From an uncultured virus (IMG/VR IMGVR_UViG_3300024999_000050) (taxonomy: Duplodnaviria > Heunggongvirae > Uroviricota > Caudoviricetes): DNA of 64,000 nucleotides. The DNA is taken from the IMG/VR virus record IMGVR_UViG_3300024999_000050. One strand, written 5' to 3'. Positions within the stretch are counted from its first letter, which is position 1; each line of letters begins with the position of its first letter. The notes under the pieces were generated by a model that saw nothing but the letters and a program-made list of their open reading frames with translations, searched no databases and had not been told where the DNA came from. A program made the position numbers and the translations under genes. Positions 46,045 to 56,510 of the stretch are shown in pieces.

Positions 46045-47490
46045 TTAATATATCAAAATCTTTTTATAATTTCTCACCGAATACCACTTGCCTAAAGAAA
46101 AAACTTTAACAGTCTTGAAATAACTTTTTAATTTATCCAGAACTGAATCATCAAAAACATTCTTGTCCCAGACGTAATAACATATAGCATCAACTTTACC
46201 TGGATGTCTCCGCTTCATACGTCCGGCCTGTTGAACTATCCTTCTCTTATTGTTAACTGTAGGGGTACAAATAAAGCCCCTATTAAGCTGACTTATGTCT
46301 AACCCCTCGTCTGCTACTGCCGTGCCAATTAGAACCCTTAGTTTACCCTTCTCAATCAATCTCTGTGCTAATTTATATTCTTCTTCAAGACCTCCGATTG
46401 CTAGTTTAGCTTTAATTCCTTGTTTCTTCAATTCTTCTTTCCAATTATGGCAGAATTCTAATCTATCAGCCAGAAGAATAGAGTAATTTCCTTTATCATA
46501 TTCTTTCTTTAGAAATCTAAAAATTAATTGGTTTCTTTCTTCATCGTTAACAATCTGATTCAGAAATTCATTATAATCTATTCTTTCGTATTCTTCACCT
46601 ATTTCTTTGGGATCGTAATAAAAATCTGTTGGGATTACTCTTATTTCTACCTCCATTGCATCTCCGGCTTCCTCCAGGTCTGAATCTTCTACTGAGGCTA
46701 CAACCGGTCCAAATGTTTGAAACATTAAGAATTGCTTTCCATCTTTTCTGTAGGGAGTAGCTGTACCACCTATCCTATATTTTGCTTTCATATGATTTAC
46801 TATGTTTAGAAACATTGGAGCTGCTGCTCGATGTATCTCATCACCAATAACAGTTCCAAAAATATCGGATAGTTTTTTAACGTCTTTAGAGACACTATTT
46901 ATGATTCCAACAGTAACTATTCCTATCTCCTTCTTGCCTCCTCCGTAAGAGGCTATCAGGGGCGTTGTCGTTGATTCAGAAGTTGATATTAAACCCTTCA
47001 AATTCTTAACCCATTGATCCTGTAATTTTTTAGTCGGAACAATAATCAAAGTTCTCTGACCAAGTTGAACCATAGTTTGAATTAACATTATTGTTTTTCC
47101 GCTTGAACAAACACCCTTAATGATTCCTTGTTCAGCTTTTACAGCCTCGTTAACTGGTTCTAGTTGATACTCTTTTAGTTTAATAGTTGACTTAAACTTA
47201 AAAGGTTTGACTATTCGCTGATCAATTATTTTAAACTTCAACTTTTCTCTTTCAAAAATATTAAGTATTTCCTGGAAGGAGCCTCTGGGTAAAGATATGA
47301 ATTTTTTATCAATCTCAAAAGTTCTTATGTACTGATTTTCAGTAGGTCTAAATCCGGCAGCTCTCATTTTGTAATATGTAGGGTTCTTCATAGTAAACAT
47401 ATCTTTCAATTCTTTGATTAAGGTCTTTGAAAGACTTTTTAAGGGTATTTTGATTTTATCCTTAATGATTAACTCTATCAAATAAATCAC
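46045..47490 (-). CDS. Superfamily 2 DExH helicase
   Basis: LKEYQ, SSGKT, DEIH, TATPYR, EGLDI, QQAGR. Confidence 0.93.
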   Translation of the reverse strand: MIYLIELIIKDKIKIPLKSLSKTLIKELKDMFTMKNPTYYKMRAAGFRPTENQYIRTFEIDKKFISLPRGSFQEILNIFEREKLKFKIIDQRIVKPFKFKSTIKLKEYQLEPVNEAVKAEQGIIKGVCSSGKTIMLIQTMVQLGQRTLIIVPTKKLQDQWVKNLKGLISTSESTTTPLIASYGGGKKEIGIVTVGIINSVSKDVKKLSDIFGTVIGDEIHRAAAPMFLNIVNHMKAKYRIGGTATPYRKDGKQFLMFQTFGPVVASVEDSDLEEAGDAMEVEIRVIPTDFYYDPKEIGEEYERIDYNEFLNQIVNDEERNQLIFRFLKKEYDKGNYSILLADRLEFCHNWKEELKKQGIKAKLAIGGLEEEYKLAQRLIEKGKLRVLIGTAVADEGLDISQLNRGFICTPTVNNKRRIVQQAGRMKRRHPGKVDAICYYVWDKNVFDDSVLDKLKSYFKTVKVFSLGKWYSVRNYKKILIY

Positions 47491-47705
47491 TTCCTCAAAT
47501 TATCTTCTATAACAAAGTAATTGTTCCACGTAGAACATTTTAAATATTCCTAACTATTATTATATCTAAATACTTTTACAAATAAAAAAAGAGAACAGTT
47601 GTGCAAAACTGTTCTCCCCAGAATTTCTAATCTCCATAATAAGAAATTCTGTATTGGTTTGAATCTTAAATATAAATATATAGTAACTCTAAAAGAAAAT
47701 CAACT

Positions 47706-48032
47706 TTAATTTTGATCATCAATAACTTTTGTAGTTCTAATTTCTTCTTTAGGTTTTTCTGCTACAATTTCTTTTGTGGTACTTTCAAAAACAATACCAC
47801 TTCTAAGACCATGAATACCAACAGAGGCCAATCCCATCACCATCCCTTCCACAGCCCCGTCTATCGTTCTAAAAGATAACAAACCAACAATTACACCTAT
47901 CCCAGCCATAACCCAAGGTATATATTTGTTATTTAATTTGTTGGTATGAAATCTGAATAAATATCCTAAAGCATTTAAAAATACTATTACTGTTGATACT
48001 GATATTTTTGAGTTTAAAAGTAAGTTCTCCAT
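47706..48032 (-). CDS. Phage holin
   Basis: Three hydrophobic segments, NKYIP motif, charged C-terminus. Confidence 0.75.
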   Translation of the reverse strand: MENLLLNSKISVSTVIVFLNALGYLFRFHTNKLNNKYIPWVMAGIGVIVGLLSFRTIDGAVEGMVMGLASVGIHGLRSGIVFESTTKEIVAEKPKEEIRTTKVIDDQN

Positions 48033-48044
48033 TAAACAAACCCC

Positions 48045-48419
48045 CTAATGCCCTTTTGTAGTTAAAATATAAATAATCAATGCTGTTAGTAGTGTTGATA
48101 AAATATTAGTTGTTATTGTAATCCAAGGAGGCCAACCTACTTTTATTTCTGAAACCTTTTTTGATATTTCTTCTTGCATTGTTTTTACATTCGTCTTAAT
48201 TTCATCTAACTCACTATTGAAATCATTTTTCAATTCTGTAATACCTTTTTCGAAAGAACAAGTTCCCCTATACTTTTCACATTGACTAAGAGGGACAAAC
48301 TGTTTGTTAACCATGTCGTCCAACCTTTCGTGAACTCGTTTAAAGTTATCTCCAAACATATCAAGAGATTGCTGATATTGCTGGAGAAAGGTTTTTAAAA
48401 TCACTTCTTCACTAGACAT
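48045..48419 (-). CDS. Coiled-coil protein with C-terminal membrane anchor (lysis module)
   Basis: Coiled coil plus TM PPWITITTNILSTLLTALII. Confidence 0.65.
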   Translation of the reverse strand: MSSEEVILKTFLQQYQQSLDMFGDNFKRVHERLDDMVNKQFVPLSQCEKYRGTCSFEKGITELKNDFNSELDEIKTNVKTMQEEISKKVSEIKVGWPPWITITTNILSTLLTALIIYILTTKGH

Positions 48420-48439
48420 TATAATCCCTCTTCTCTAAT

Positions 48440-50734
48440 CTATTTATATTTATATTGTCTAGGCAGTTTTCTGTCTTCAAAACTAAAAATGTCGTAACCT
48501 TGCCTATTCGGTATCCAGTGTCTTTTCGCCATAATTATAACAGATCCCTTGATTTCTCTAGACTCTTGAGATCTTATAATAACATTTGAAACAGTATCCA
48601 ATAAATCCTCTTGTCTTATTTTCATACCAGAAATTATATCGCTATTAAAAGTATCTACTCTTATAAATGCTTGTGCTGGAATATCATTAGAATTAAATTG
48701 GTTTATGATTGTTATTTTTACTTTACCTGCTCTATCAGAAAACTTTTGTACTGAAATTGTAGCTATACATTCTTCTTCAGAAGAATCTTTTCTTCTAATA
48801 ATTGAATTTCCAAAATAATCTTCGTCAGCCGGATAAACTAATTTGGCTGTAGAATTTCCATCCAGGAATATTTTTAAAGTGGTTTCTGAAATTAAATCTT
48901 TTCTTTCTTCGATTCTTATTTCAGCAGAACTAAATTCATTATGATAATTAAAACCTCTTATTTCTGCTGTTGAATTTGTTTCTAAAATTTGCTTCAATAT
49001 AGACTCAGAAATTATATCTTTTTGTTCTTCTCTCCGAATAATTGCTGAACTTTTTTCGTTTTTTGTTTCTGAAATTCTAATAAAACCATTTGATTCTTTA
49101 TTACTTATTACTTTAAGAGAAGAGGATGAAGTTATGTCTTTAAAATCCTTACGTCTAATGATTGCATTAGAATTTATTGAATTAAGGACTTCAGCATAAA
49201 TAAAACCTTTCCCATTAAAATCATAGTTTTTTATAGCCCTTATAACGGCTTCGCTATTCATATTTTCAATATAAATTATTTTTGCCATACTTAGAGTGTC
49301 TTGCTTAGAAGATCTCCTAACAACCAAATTTGATGTTTCGTCAGAATTAGTTTTTACTCTGATTCTTGCATCTGAAATCATTCCAGAGAAATATCTAAAT
49401 TTAGCTGTAGAAATTTTTTGATTTAATTGTCCTACTATTTTTATTCCTGAAATTATTTCATCCTTTTCTCTTTCTCTTATAAAGGCTGCCCCATGAATAC
49501 TATTAGAGCTTTTCAATTTAGCTGTAGAAATTTTATTAGAACCTCTAATTCCGGCAAAGGAATTCATATTGTAATTTGTTTTAGACGTTATAATAGCCCC
49601 AGAAGGTATTCTTGAAGAGACTACTATATTTACTGTGCAAATCTTATTTGATAGCCTGATTCCGGCCATAGAAACAACCGTAGAACCATCGTAATTTGAT
49701 AGACTTATCTGAGAAGAAAGATCTGAATCTCCTCTCAATTCTTTTAGTAATGCTGTTCCAGAAATATCTTCTGAATCTCTCTGATATTCTGAAATTATTC
49801 TTGATGTGCAATATTCTAAATCAAGTTTATCCTTCCTCCTTATCACCGATGTTCCCACTTTATTTTTTGAACCATAAAAAATAGGTTCCAAGAAATCTCT
49901 AAACTCAAATTCTATTTTTGGAGAAATAATAAGATCTTCTGTTTCTTTAGCTGATATTGAAAAAGTTTTATTTACTTTTGTTTTTAATAAAATATTTACT
50001 ACTGTCTTTCCTCTACTTTTCAGATCTTTTAGATAGTCTAAAATATTAACCCTATTAACCTGAGATACTATGTTGAAGTTGAAGACATAGGTTAAGTTGA
50101 AAGCTAAACTTTCAGCCCAAGTAACACTATTTTCTTGCCAGTCTCTATCTATTTCATAAACTTCAACTTCTGGTTTTTCTAAATAGCTATCAAACATTGG
50201 AAAGTATAAAAAGAGATGTGCTTTCCTTATCTCTAAAGATTCTCTCTCTAAATCTAAATCTAAAATCTGAGATACGTCAGCTTGTAGTAAGACAACATAT
50301 TCTCCATCAAGAGATTGTCCCAAAGACATATTTTCATAGTATCCGTAATTACTTCTAGGCCTTGATTGTCTTACGAAAGCATCTTTTGTTATATAACTAT
50401 TAATTTTATAAACAGGAAATTGGATCAAGTTATAATTTAGATCCATTTCCGTCATTCCTACGATTCTTGCCCAACTAGGAAATTTATTTTTGTAGGAAAT
50501 AAAAGAAGATGAATGAGTTTTATGATTGGTCATATCAAGTAAAGCTTTGGAGATTGTTTCTAGTCTTTCTTTTATGAATCCAGTAGACCCTTTTGTATTT
50601 GAATCTAATCCAAAAGGAACAGAAAAAGAAACGTCCATAGTAGTGACGTTTCTAATTTCTGCCTGAGAATTTTCTGATAAATGACTTTCTTTAATCCTTA
50701 TTCCTGCTGTTGATAAAGATTCATATATAGCCAT
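48440..50734 (-). CDS. Virion protein with DNRLRE/CBM96-like domain and repetitive C-terminal region
   Basis: KDAFVRQSRPRSNYG, WQENSVTW; recurring A-I-I-R-R / D-I-I-S units. Confidence 0.75.
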   Translation of the reverse strand: MAIYESLSTAGIRIKESHLSENSQAEIRNVTTMDVSFSVPFGLDSNTKGSTGFIKERLETISKALLDMTNHKTHSSSFISYKNKFPSWARIVGMTEMDLNYNLIQFPVYKINSYITKDAFVRQSRPRSNYGYYENMSLGQSLDGEYVVLLQADVSQILDLDLERESLEIRKAHLFLYFPMFDSYLEKPEVEVYEIDRDWQENSVTWAESLAFNLTYVFNFNIVSQVNRVNILDYLKDLKSRGKTVVNILLKTKVNKTFSISAKETEDLIISPKIEFEFRDFLEPIFYGSKNKVGTSVIRRKDKLDLEYCTSRIISEYQRDSEDISGTALLKELRGDSDLSSQISLSNYDGSTVVSMAGIRLSNKICTVNIVVSSRIPSGAIITSKTNYNMNSFAGIRGSNKISTAKLKSSNSIHGAAFIREREKDEIISGIKIVGQLNQKISTAKFRYFSGMISDARIRVKTNSDETSNLVVRRSSKQDTLSMAKIIYIENMNSEAVIRAIKNYDFNGKGFIYAEVLNSINSNAIIRRKDFKDITSSSSLKVISNKESNGFIRISETKNEKSSAIIRREEQKDIISESILKQILETNSTAEIRGFNYHNEFSSAEIRIEERKDLISETTLKIFLDGNSTAKLVYPADEDYFGNSIIRRKDSSEEECIATISVQKFSDRAGKVKITIINQFNSNDIPAQAFIRVDTFNSDIISGMKIRQEDLLDTVSNVIIRSQESREIKGSVIIMAKRHWIPNRQGYDIFSFEDRKLPRQYKYK

Positions 50735-53700
50735 TTATATAGGTTCCAAAAATGCTTGTATTTGAAATTGAGAATTACCAGAAACTAATTCTGTCGGGTA
50801 TATTCTCACATAGAAATTCTTTTTCTCTCCAGAAAATAAAACTACATTTAGAGGATACTGAGGTCTGAAATTCTCACCACTTAGACTTAACTCTATTTTG
50901 GTTTTTTGATCCTCTATTTCTGAATCATTTAACAAACAATAGTCTCCTACTTTTTTAGCTGCAATTCCATTTTGTGATACTATCAATCTGATATTAAAGT
51001 TACTGTTTGTATATGAGTTAATCAATTCAACAGGATAAATATTTGAATATAATTTACCAATAAGATTTCCGGCATCTAGAGGTCTTATTTTAACTTTGTC
51101 TGGACCGGTATAAAAATCATAATCAGTCTGAACATCATCAAAGCTTAGACCTTTCATAATCCACAATTCATAAGAATTATCTAGCTGAAGAATATATCTG
51201 AAATTATTTTTTGGTATTGGCAAATATATTTCAGGAGATCCTTTTTCTAAAACTATTTCTCTGTTCTTTCTATAACTTATATTTATTCTATCCAAGAAAC
51301 CGTTCTCCGGTATAAATATCTTAATATTCAACTTATTAAAAATCCAAGACTTATTCCAGTCCTCATAGAACATATTGTTTAATTCGTCTGAAGTATTCCC
51401 ATTTATAATTTCATCTGTTTCTACAAAAATACCATAAGTATATTTGAACCAAAGATTTGATTCTGTATTTATCAAAAATCTACAATCTTTTGAACATTCT
51501 ATTAGTAAATGATTAAACTCTTCCCAATCAAAATTCTCATAATTAAAAACAACAATAGAAGAACTACCTTCTTTGGGTTTAATTTTACCAGAAATAATTT
51601 CTGTCGTTTCTGGGCTTATTGTAAAGTTCGTTTCAGCAGAACAATCATCTGATTCTGAAACAAATTCTTTTACTACTGCTGATACAGCGTTTTCTCTGAA
51701 ATAATAATTCAATTCTGGCTGTTCTATATATACATAGTAATAATAATGAGTATCTTTTTCGGGAGGATTATCGTCTGTATATTCTGTTTCGTTTATATTA
51801 TTTGTTTCAAAAATAACCTTACTAGCATCAAAATCTAATAATTCTGTCTTGCTTCTTAATACGTAGGTTTTTGTAAATGTTCCAAAAGGGACTCTTACAT
51901 CTTTCCATTTTAGATAAACTAGATTGGGATATATTTGACTAGGAAAATCTATCTCAGTAGGAATAACCTCTGTATTCATAACTATTTCTGATTTATCAAT
52001 TTCTAAATAAATGTCGCTAGAGTAAATAGCGAAGCCAAAATCATTATCGCTATTGTCAATATTTTTAATTATCTGAGTTATATCAATAACTACTTCTCCA
52101 GGCTGTTCATTCTCAAAAAATATGTTTAAAACATTAGAGGTATCATAAGATATTCCACTGTTATAAGTTACGGTTTCTTCATTCCAGTCTGTTAAGTTGT
52201 TGATTCTATAGATACTGATTCTTCCTGGTATATCTAAATTATTTACTATTGTTTTTACATTTAATTTTAGTAGTGCTTTTGATATGTACCCCAAACTTTT
52301 GTTCAGAGGTATTTTGAATAAGCTATGATTTCCTGACCCTATTTTTAATATATCGTCTGAATTGAAGTTCAGTAATCTTTCACTAGAAGAAATATATGTA
52401 GATCTTTCACAGTAATATCTTGGACCTTTCACTAACTCAATACTTACACCAGAAGTAATTCCTTTAAATATTCTGGGTGAAAATATTCCTAGTTGTGAAG
52501 TTATTTCTTTTTCTTTTGCTACTCTTATTATTCCTGTTGAAGTTTGAATAGTTATTCCAAGAGGTTTTACTGTTACTGTTATTGTTATTTTTAAATTACT
52601 AGGATTAGCTATTCCTTCCGGTAAGATTAATATTCCTGTGAAAACATAATTTCCGGCTGTTTCTGGATTATAAGTAGGATTACTATTCCAAACTATTTGT
52701 AATGTAGATGTTAAACCATTACTTAATAAAACATCTGTTGATTGTAGTAATCCCAAGGAGTTTATGTCTGTTCCGTATTTGACAAATATGTTTGATTCAA
52801 AGATACTTTGAATGGATGTAATATTAGCAGCTAAAACTATTATATTTATACTTGCAGTTATATTGCTAGGATTTAATACCTCTTCTATTAATGCTAATTC
52901 ACCAACAAAAGTACATGATCCGGCTATATTTTTATTATAGCTGCTAGTATTCCATATTACAGCTAATTCTTGTGCTGTATCATTACTAAGTATGACTGTA
53001 ACAACTGTTGGTAGTATTATAGAAGTTAAGTCTGTTCCGTTTGCTACTGTTATATCTGATAAAGTAGAAACTGAAACTATATCAAAACCCAGTGGTGAAT
53101 TATCAATAAATAGAGGTCTAAATCCAAATATTGCATTAACTTCGTCAGTTCTACAAGCATCTCTATATCCTGCACTACCATACCCTCTAATAGATATATA
53201 ATTCGGTAAAGATTCAGATATATTTCTTCTTGAAGATGTTATACAATAAAACGAACCTAAATTCCAGAATACAATATCTCCTGGAACTATTAATCCTCCA
53301 AGTGTACTTTCTGTTATGTACTTATCCCATTCATTTTCCTTACTACTATTGTCCCATCCCCCGGATGGTAGTCGAACTATTACGTCTGTTAACGAATCTA
53401 TTTTAACAGGGACTCCACTAGCTGAAGAAACTCCAGAAGTATTTAAAGTATCCCAACTAATAGAAGATTGAATATTTCTGTCAGCTACAAATTTCTTTCT
53501 ACCTAAACTGTCCCATCCTACTAATGTTAGAAAAAAGCTTCCATCAGGATTAGATACGGCACTTGCTGGAAGTAAACTTGCTGTAGAAACTCCTAACTGG
53601 CTGAAAACTCCAAAAGAATTTGAAGTAGCAGTGTATTTACAAATTATTTTATCTCCAAGAGACATACAATTTGCTAAAGTTGTTTTTGGAGGGGTATAGA

Positions 53701-54094
53701 TATCTATAGCATCCAGATCTAAATATGCATTATTATTTAATTTCAGTACAACATCATGTCTTGTATCAGATAGATCTATTTTTTCAAACCATAGCGTTTG
53801 TAATTGATACGAACTACCGTATTCACTTGAAGGATAAGATATTCCATCAATAATTACTGTGATATTATTGCTTCTATTAGGATGTATTGCTCCTACAAAT
53901 CTCAAACCTGTTCCGTTGAAAGAAAAGGACATTGTTGCATTAACCAAATTCGTATAGTGATAATTTCCTCTATACGAGCCAGAAACAGATGCGTCCAATA
54001 ACCATCCACTACTATATACAAGTCTACTATCAGTGTCGTTTACTCTCGTCCATCCTGTTTCTGGAGATAATAACTGTTGCCCTACTGTCGCCAA
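50735..54094 (-). CDS. Large tail/receptor-binding protein with lectin-like, two Ig-like and DNRLRE-like domains
   Basis: GFRP-ending domain, two repeats ending NPSN, WNEETVTYN. Confidence 0.75.
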   Translation of the reverse strand: MATVGQQLLSPETGWTRVNDTDSRLVYSSGWLLDASVSGSYRGNYHYTNLVNATMSFSFNGTGLRFVGAIHPNRSNNITVIIDGISYPSSEYGSSYQLQTLWFEKIDLSDTRHDVVLKLNNNAYLDLDAIDIYTPPKTTLANCMSLGDKIICKYTATSNSFGVFSQLGVSTASLLPASAVSNPDGSFFLTLVGWDSLGRKKFVADRNIQSSISWDTLNTSGVSSASGVPVKIDSLTDVIVRLPSGGWDNSSKENEWDKYITESTLGGLIVPGDIVFWNLGSFYCITSSRRNISESLPNYISIRGYGSAGYRDACRTDEVNAIFGFRPLFIDNSPLGFDIVSVSTLSDITVANGTDLTSIILPTVVTVILSNDTAQELAVIWNTSSYNKNIAGSCTFVGELALIEEVLNPSNITASINIIVLAANITSIQSIFESNIFVKYGTDINSLGLLQSTDVLLSNGLTSTLQIVWNSNPTYNPETAGNYVFTGILILPEGIANPSNLKITITVTVKPLGITIQTSTGIIRVAKEKEITSQLGIFSPRIFKGITSGVSIELVKGPRYYCERSTYISSSERLLNFNSDDILKIGSGNHSLFKIPLNKSLGYISKALLKLNVKTIVNNLDIPGRISIYRINNLTDWNEETVTYNSGISYDTSNVLNIFFENEQPGEVVIDITQIIKNIDNSDNDFGFAIYSSDIYLEIDKSEIVMNTEVIPTEIDFPSQIYPNLVYLKWKDVRVPFGTFTKTYVLRSKTELLDFDASKVIFETNNINETEYTDDNPPEKDTHYYYYVYIEQPELNYYFRENAVSAVVKEFVSESDDCSAETNFTISPETTEIISGKIKPKEGSSSIVVFNYENFDWEEFNHLLIECSKDCRFLINTESNLWFKYTYGIFVETDEIINGNTSDELNNMFYEDWNKSWIFNKLNIKIFIPENGFLDRINISYRKNREIVLEKGSPEIYLPIPKNNFRYILQLDNSYELWIMKGLSFDDVQTDYDFYTGPDKVKIRPLDAGNLIGKLYSNIYPVELINSYTNSNFNIRLIVSQNGIAAKKVGDYCLLNDSEIEDQKTKIELSLSGENFRPQYPLNVVLFSGEKKNFYVRIYPTELVSGNSQFQIQAFLEPI

Positions 54095-54113
54095 ATCATA
54101 TCACCACCTTTTA

Positions 54114-54779
54114 TTACCATACACCGCTACCATCTTCTTTAAACTCTAATACTGGACGATAGCCCATATTTGCTGCCAAATATCCACAATCAATATTAAC
54201 AAAAGAATTTGATACACGAACTACTCTATTAGAGGATGCTGCTATACCTAATATTGGAGTATCTTTTGTAAAACTATATCTAGTGTTTGCGTTCCAAACA
54301 TTGTCTGCTGCCGGAATTATTTTTCCACCTAAATCAGATTTAATTATATACGTATCCCATTCGTTTATAGTAGGCCAACCACCTTTACCTTGATTAGAAG
54401 AACTTTTTTCTCCATTAACATCTGAATAGGAACAACCACCTGAAAGAGATCGTAATAGGATTTGTTTTGATGAGAATGTATATATTTTACCTTCTATATA
54501 CCCAGCTGCATTCAAATTATTCCATGAAATATTCGTTTGAACAGTTCTATCACCTATTAACAAACCTTTATCTGCTTTAAGTAAAAAGGCTTTTCCATCA
54601 ATGGTAGGTATATCATATCCTGCGGTTGTAATTTCTGTAACCGTACAAGTACCTAATTCACTAGGGAAACCTACTATTCCAGATGTTAATGCTGTCCATC
54701 TGAAAGGAATATAATCGCCAACTTGCATATCATAAATGCTTGATCTTAAAATTCCGCTTGTTGCCGGGATCGGACACAT
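54114..54779 (-). CDS. Lectin-like tail protein paralogous to a domain of the adjacent gene
   Basis: DR-x-Q-xx-ISW, SGG, NEWD-x-YI, GYRPVLE shared with 50735-54094. Confidence 0.75.
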   Translation of the reverse strand: MCPIPATSGILRSSIYDMQVGDYIPFRWTALTSGIVGFPSELGTCTVTEITTAGYDIPTIDGKAFLLKADKGLLIGDRTVQTNISWNNLNAAGYIEGKIYTFSSKQILLRSLSGGCSYSDVNGEKSSSNQGKGGWPTINEWDTYIIKSDLGGKIIPAADNVWNANTRYSFTKDTPILGIAASSNRVVRVSNSFVNIDCGYLAANMGYRPVLEFKEDGSGVW

Positions 54780-54792
54780 AATTAAATCACCT

Positions 54793-55545
54793 CTATATCA
54801 TACATATTGTTCTTGATATTCTTACCGGATCTCCTCTAAACATAAAATTAATAGTATGTACTTTTGAACCATAAACAATATCTAAGTCTACTTTAAAATC
54901 TTTTCTATTACATTTCATAATCAAATCCATAAATATACCTCTCTGAGATACATTATATGACACGATATTTTTAACGTAAAACTTCAAATCATCCAAAATA
55001 TATTCTTTTTCATAACCTAAATTGTAAGACATATTCCCCATAGATTTTTTCAGAGGAATAACATTTCCCGTATTCCCAATAAAATTCGTATATCCTTCTT
55101 TGAAATAAATAAAACCTAAAGAACCGTCTGACACCAACAATTCTTCATCTGATTTATCTTCCTTCAAACTAATGAAATAAGGTTCCCTATTTATTTCAAA
55201 AAATCCTTTAGAATTAAGGCTTATATAATCTTGATATTCTTGCTTTAAAATTAAATCCAAAAGAGTATTCCTGGAGTCTGTATCTAATAAAAACTTTCCT
55301 TTTTCTTTATTATAAACAAACTTAAATTCTTTTCCTTCTTCTAATTCTTGAAGTTTTGAAAAATCAAGATTATTAAAGTCAAAAATTCCTTCATCTGCTG
55401 AAAAAGAAATATTGCTTAAAGCATTTGATTCTTTCACTACTATTTTTTCAATATTTTCTTTTGGTATATCCAAGAAGTCATTTCTTTTACCATTCTGTAT
55501 TTCGCTTATGAATAAACCATCTTTCAACTGAGCATTCCATAACAT
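54793..55545 (-). CDS. Hypothetical protein in structural module
   Basis: 250-aa ORF, AGGGAG RBS. Confidence 0.75.
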   Translation of the reverse strand: MLWNAQLKDGLFISEIQNGKRNDFLDIPKENIEKIVVKESNALSNISFSADEGIFDFNNLDFSKLQELEEGKEFKFVYNKEKGKFLLDTDSRNTLLDLILKQEYQDYISLNSKGFFEINREPYFISLKEDKSDEELLVSDGSLGFIYFKEGYTNFIGNTGNVIPLKKSMGNMSYNLGYEKEYILDDLKFYVKNIVSYNVSQRGIFMDLIMKCNRKDFKVDLDIVYGSKVHTINFMFRGDPVRISRTICMI

Positions 55546-55620
55546 AAATAAATCATCTCCCTTAACATAAAAATAAAGCGGAGATCCGGCTATTAAGCCA
55601 AACCACCGCTTTATTAATTC

Positions 55621-56136
55621 TTAGACGTATTTGTAACTAAATCTTGTTAACCACCAAATTTGACCTGCTGCCGCATCTGCTTTTGCTACAAGTTTTAATT
55701 TGACTTTGGAATAATTAGCTTTGTTGGTTAAAACGTCGCCATTATTTAAGGTTCCCTTTATAATCCCGGCAACACCTGACCTACTGTAGACTACAGCCGT
55801 ATCAGATCCTCCAACCTCTTCATAAACACCATTTCCCAATGATGAAATCCAACCTGCATCTGTCTCGAATAATGCAAAAACAGAAGCTTGAGATTTTGTT
55901 GCTACCGGTCCTTCATCCTTGCCGGAGGCTGCCTCATCTCCAGGAACATAACTTTTCGTGGTTATTGTAACGTCCTGCATATCTGAAAGTGTCTCTGCCC
56001 CACCTTTGTTATTCCAAATATGAAATACTGCCGGAACAGATTCTCCTCCGGCATCTACTGTTCCGGCATCCCAACCACCTACTACTTCAGCAATACTATC
56101 TTTATCATACCAACGTACATCTGGCGGTCCTGCCAT
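55621..56136 (-). CDS. Putative virion structural protein
   Basis: Gly/Ala-rich, WDAGTVDAG, IWNNKGG; followed by terminator-like hairpin. Confidence 0.7.
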   Translation of the reverse strand: MAGPPDVRWYDKDSIAEVVGGWDAGTVDAGGESVPAVFHIWNNKGGAETLSDMQDVTITTKSYVPGDEAASGKDEGPVATKSQASVFALFETDAGWISSLGNGVYEEVGGSDTAVVYSRSGVAGIIKGTLNNGDVLTNKANYSKVKLKLVAKADAAAGQIWWLTRFSYKYV

Positions 56137-56141
56137 AATTG

Positions 56142-56510
56142 TTACAACCTCCTCTGTGTATAGATTTCCATATGAAAATCACCTATAATTGATTCTGGTG
56201 AATTCTCGCTTTTCAAAACAACGTAAACTCTTTCCATTCCTGTTTCGTCAATAACCGGAATGTCCATAATGTCCCACAAAATCGTATTAACAGATCCAGA
56301 ATAATAAATTGGATTCTTTTCTGTTTCGTCTGTAAAGACAGAAACATTAAAACCCATAACTCCGGCTGTCCCGATAACTTTTATTCCTTTAATAATTCCG
56401 TAAGGATAATAGGGAAACCAGAATCTTTCAACATCTCCTGGAGAAACATCAAACAATTTATATTCTTCTTTTATGAGTTCTCCTGAAATGATGTTTAATT
56501 TCAATCTCAT
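56142..56510 (-). CDS. Hypothetical structural protein
   Basis: 122-aa ORF coupled to upstream gene. Confidence 0.7.
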   Translation of the reverse strand: MRLKLNIISGELIKEEYKLFDVSPGDVERFWFPYYPYGIIKGIKVIGTAGVMGFNVSVFTDETEKNPIYYSGSVNTILWDIMDIPVIDETGMERVYVVLKSENSPESIIGDFHMEIYTQRRL

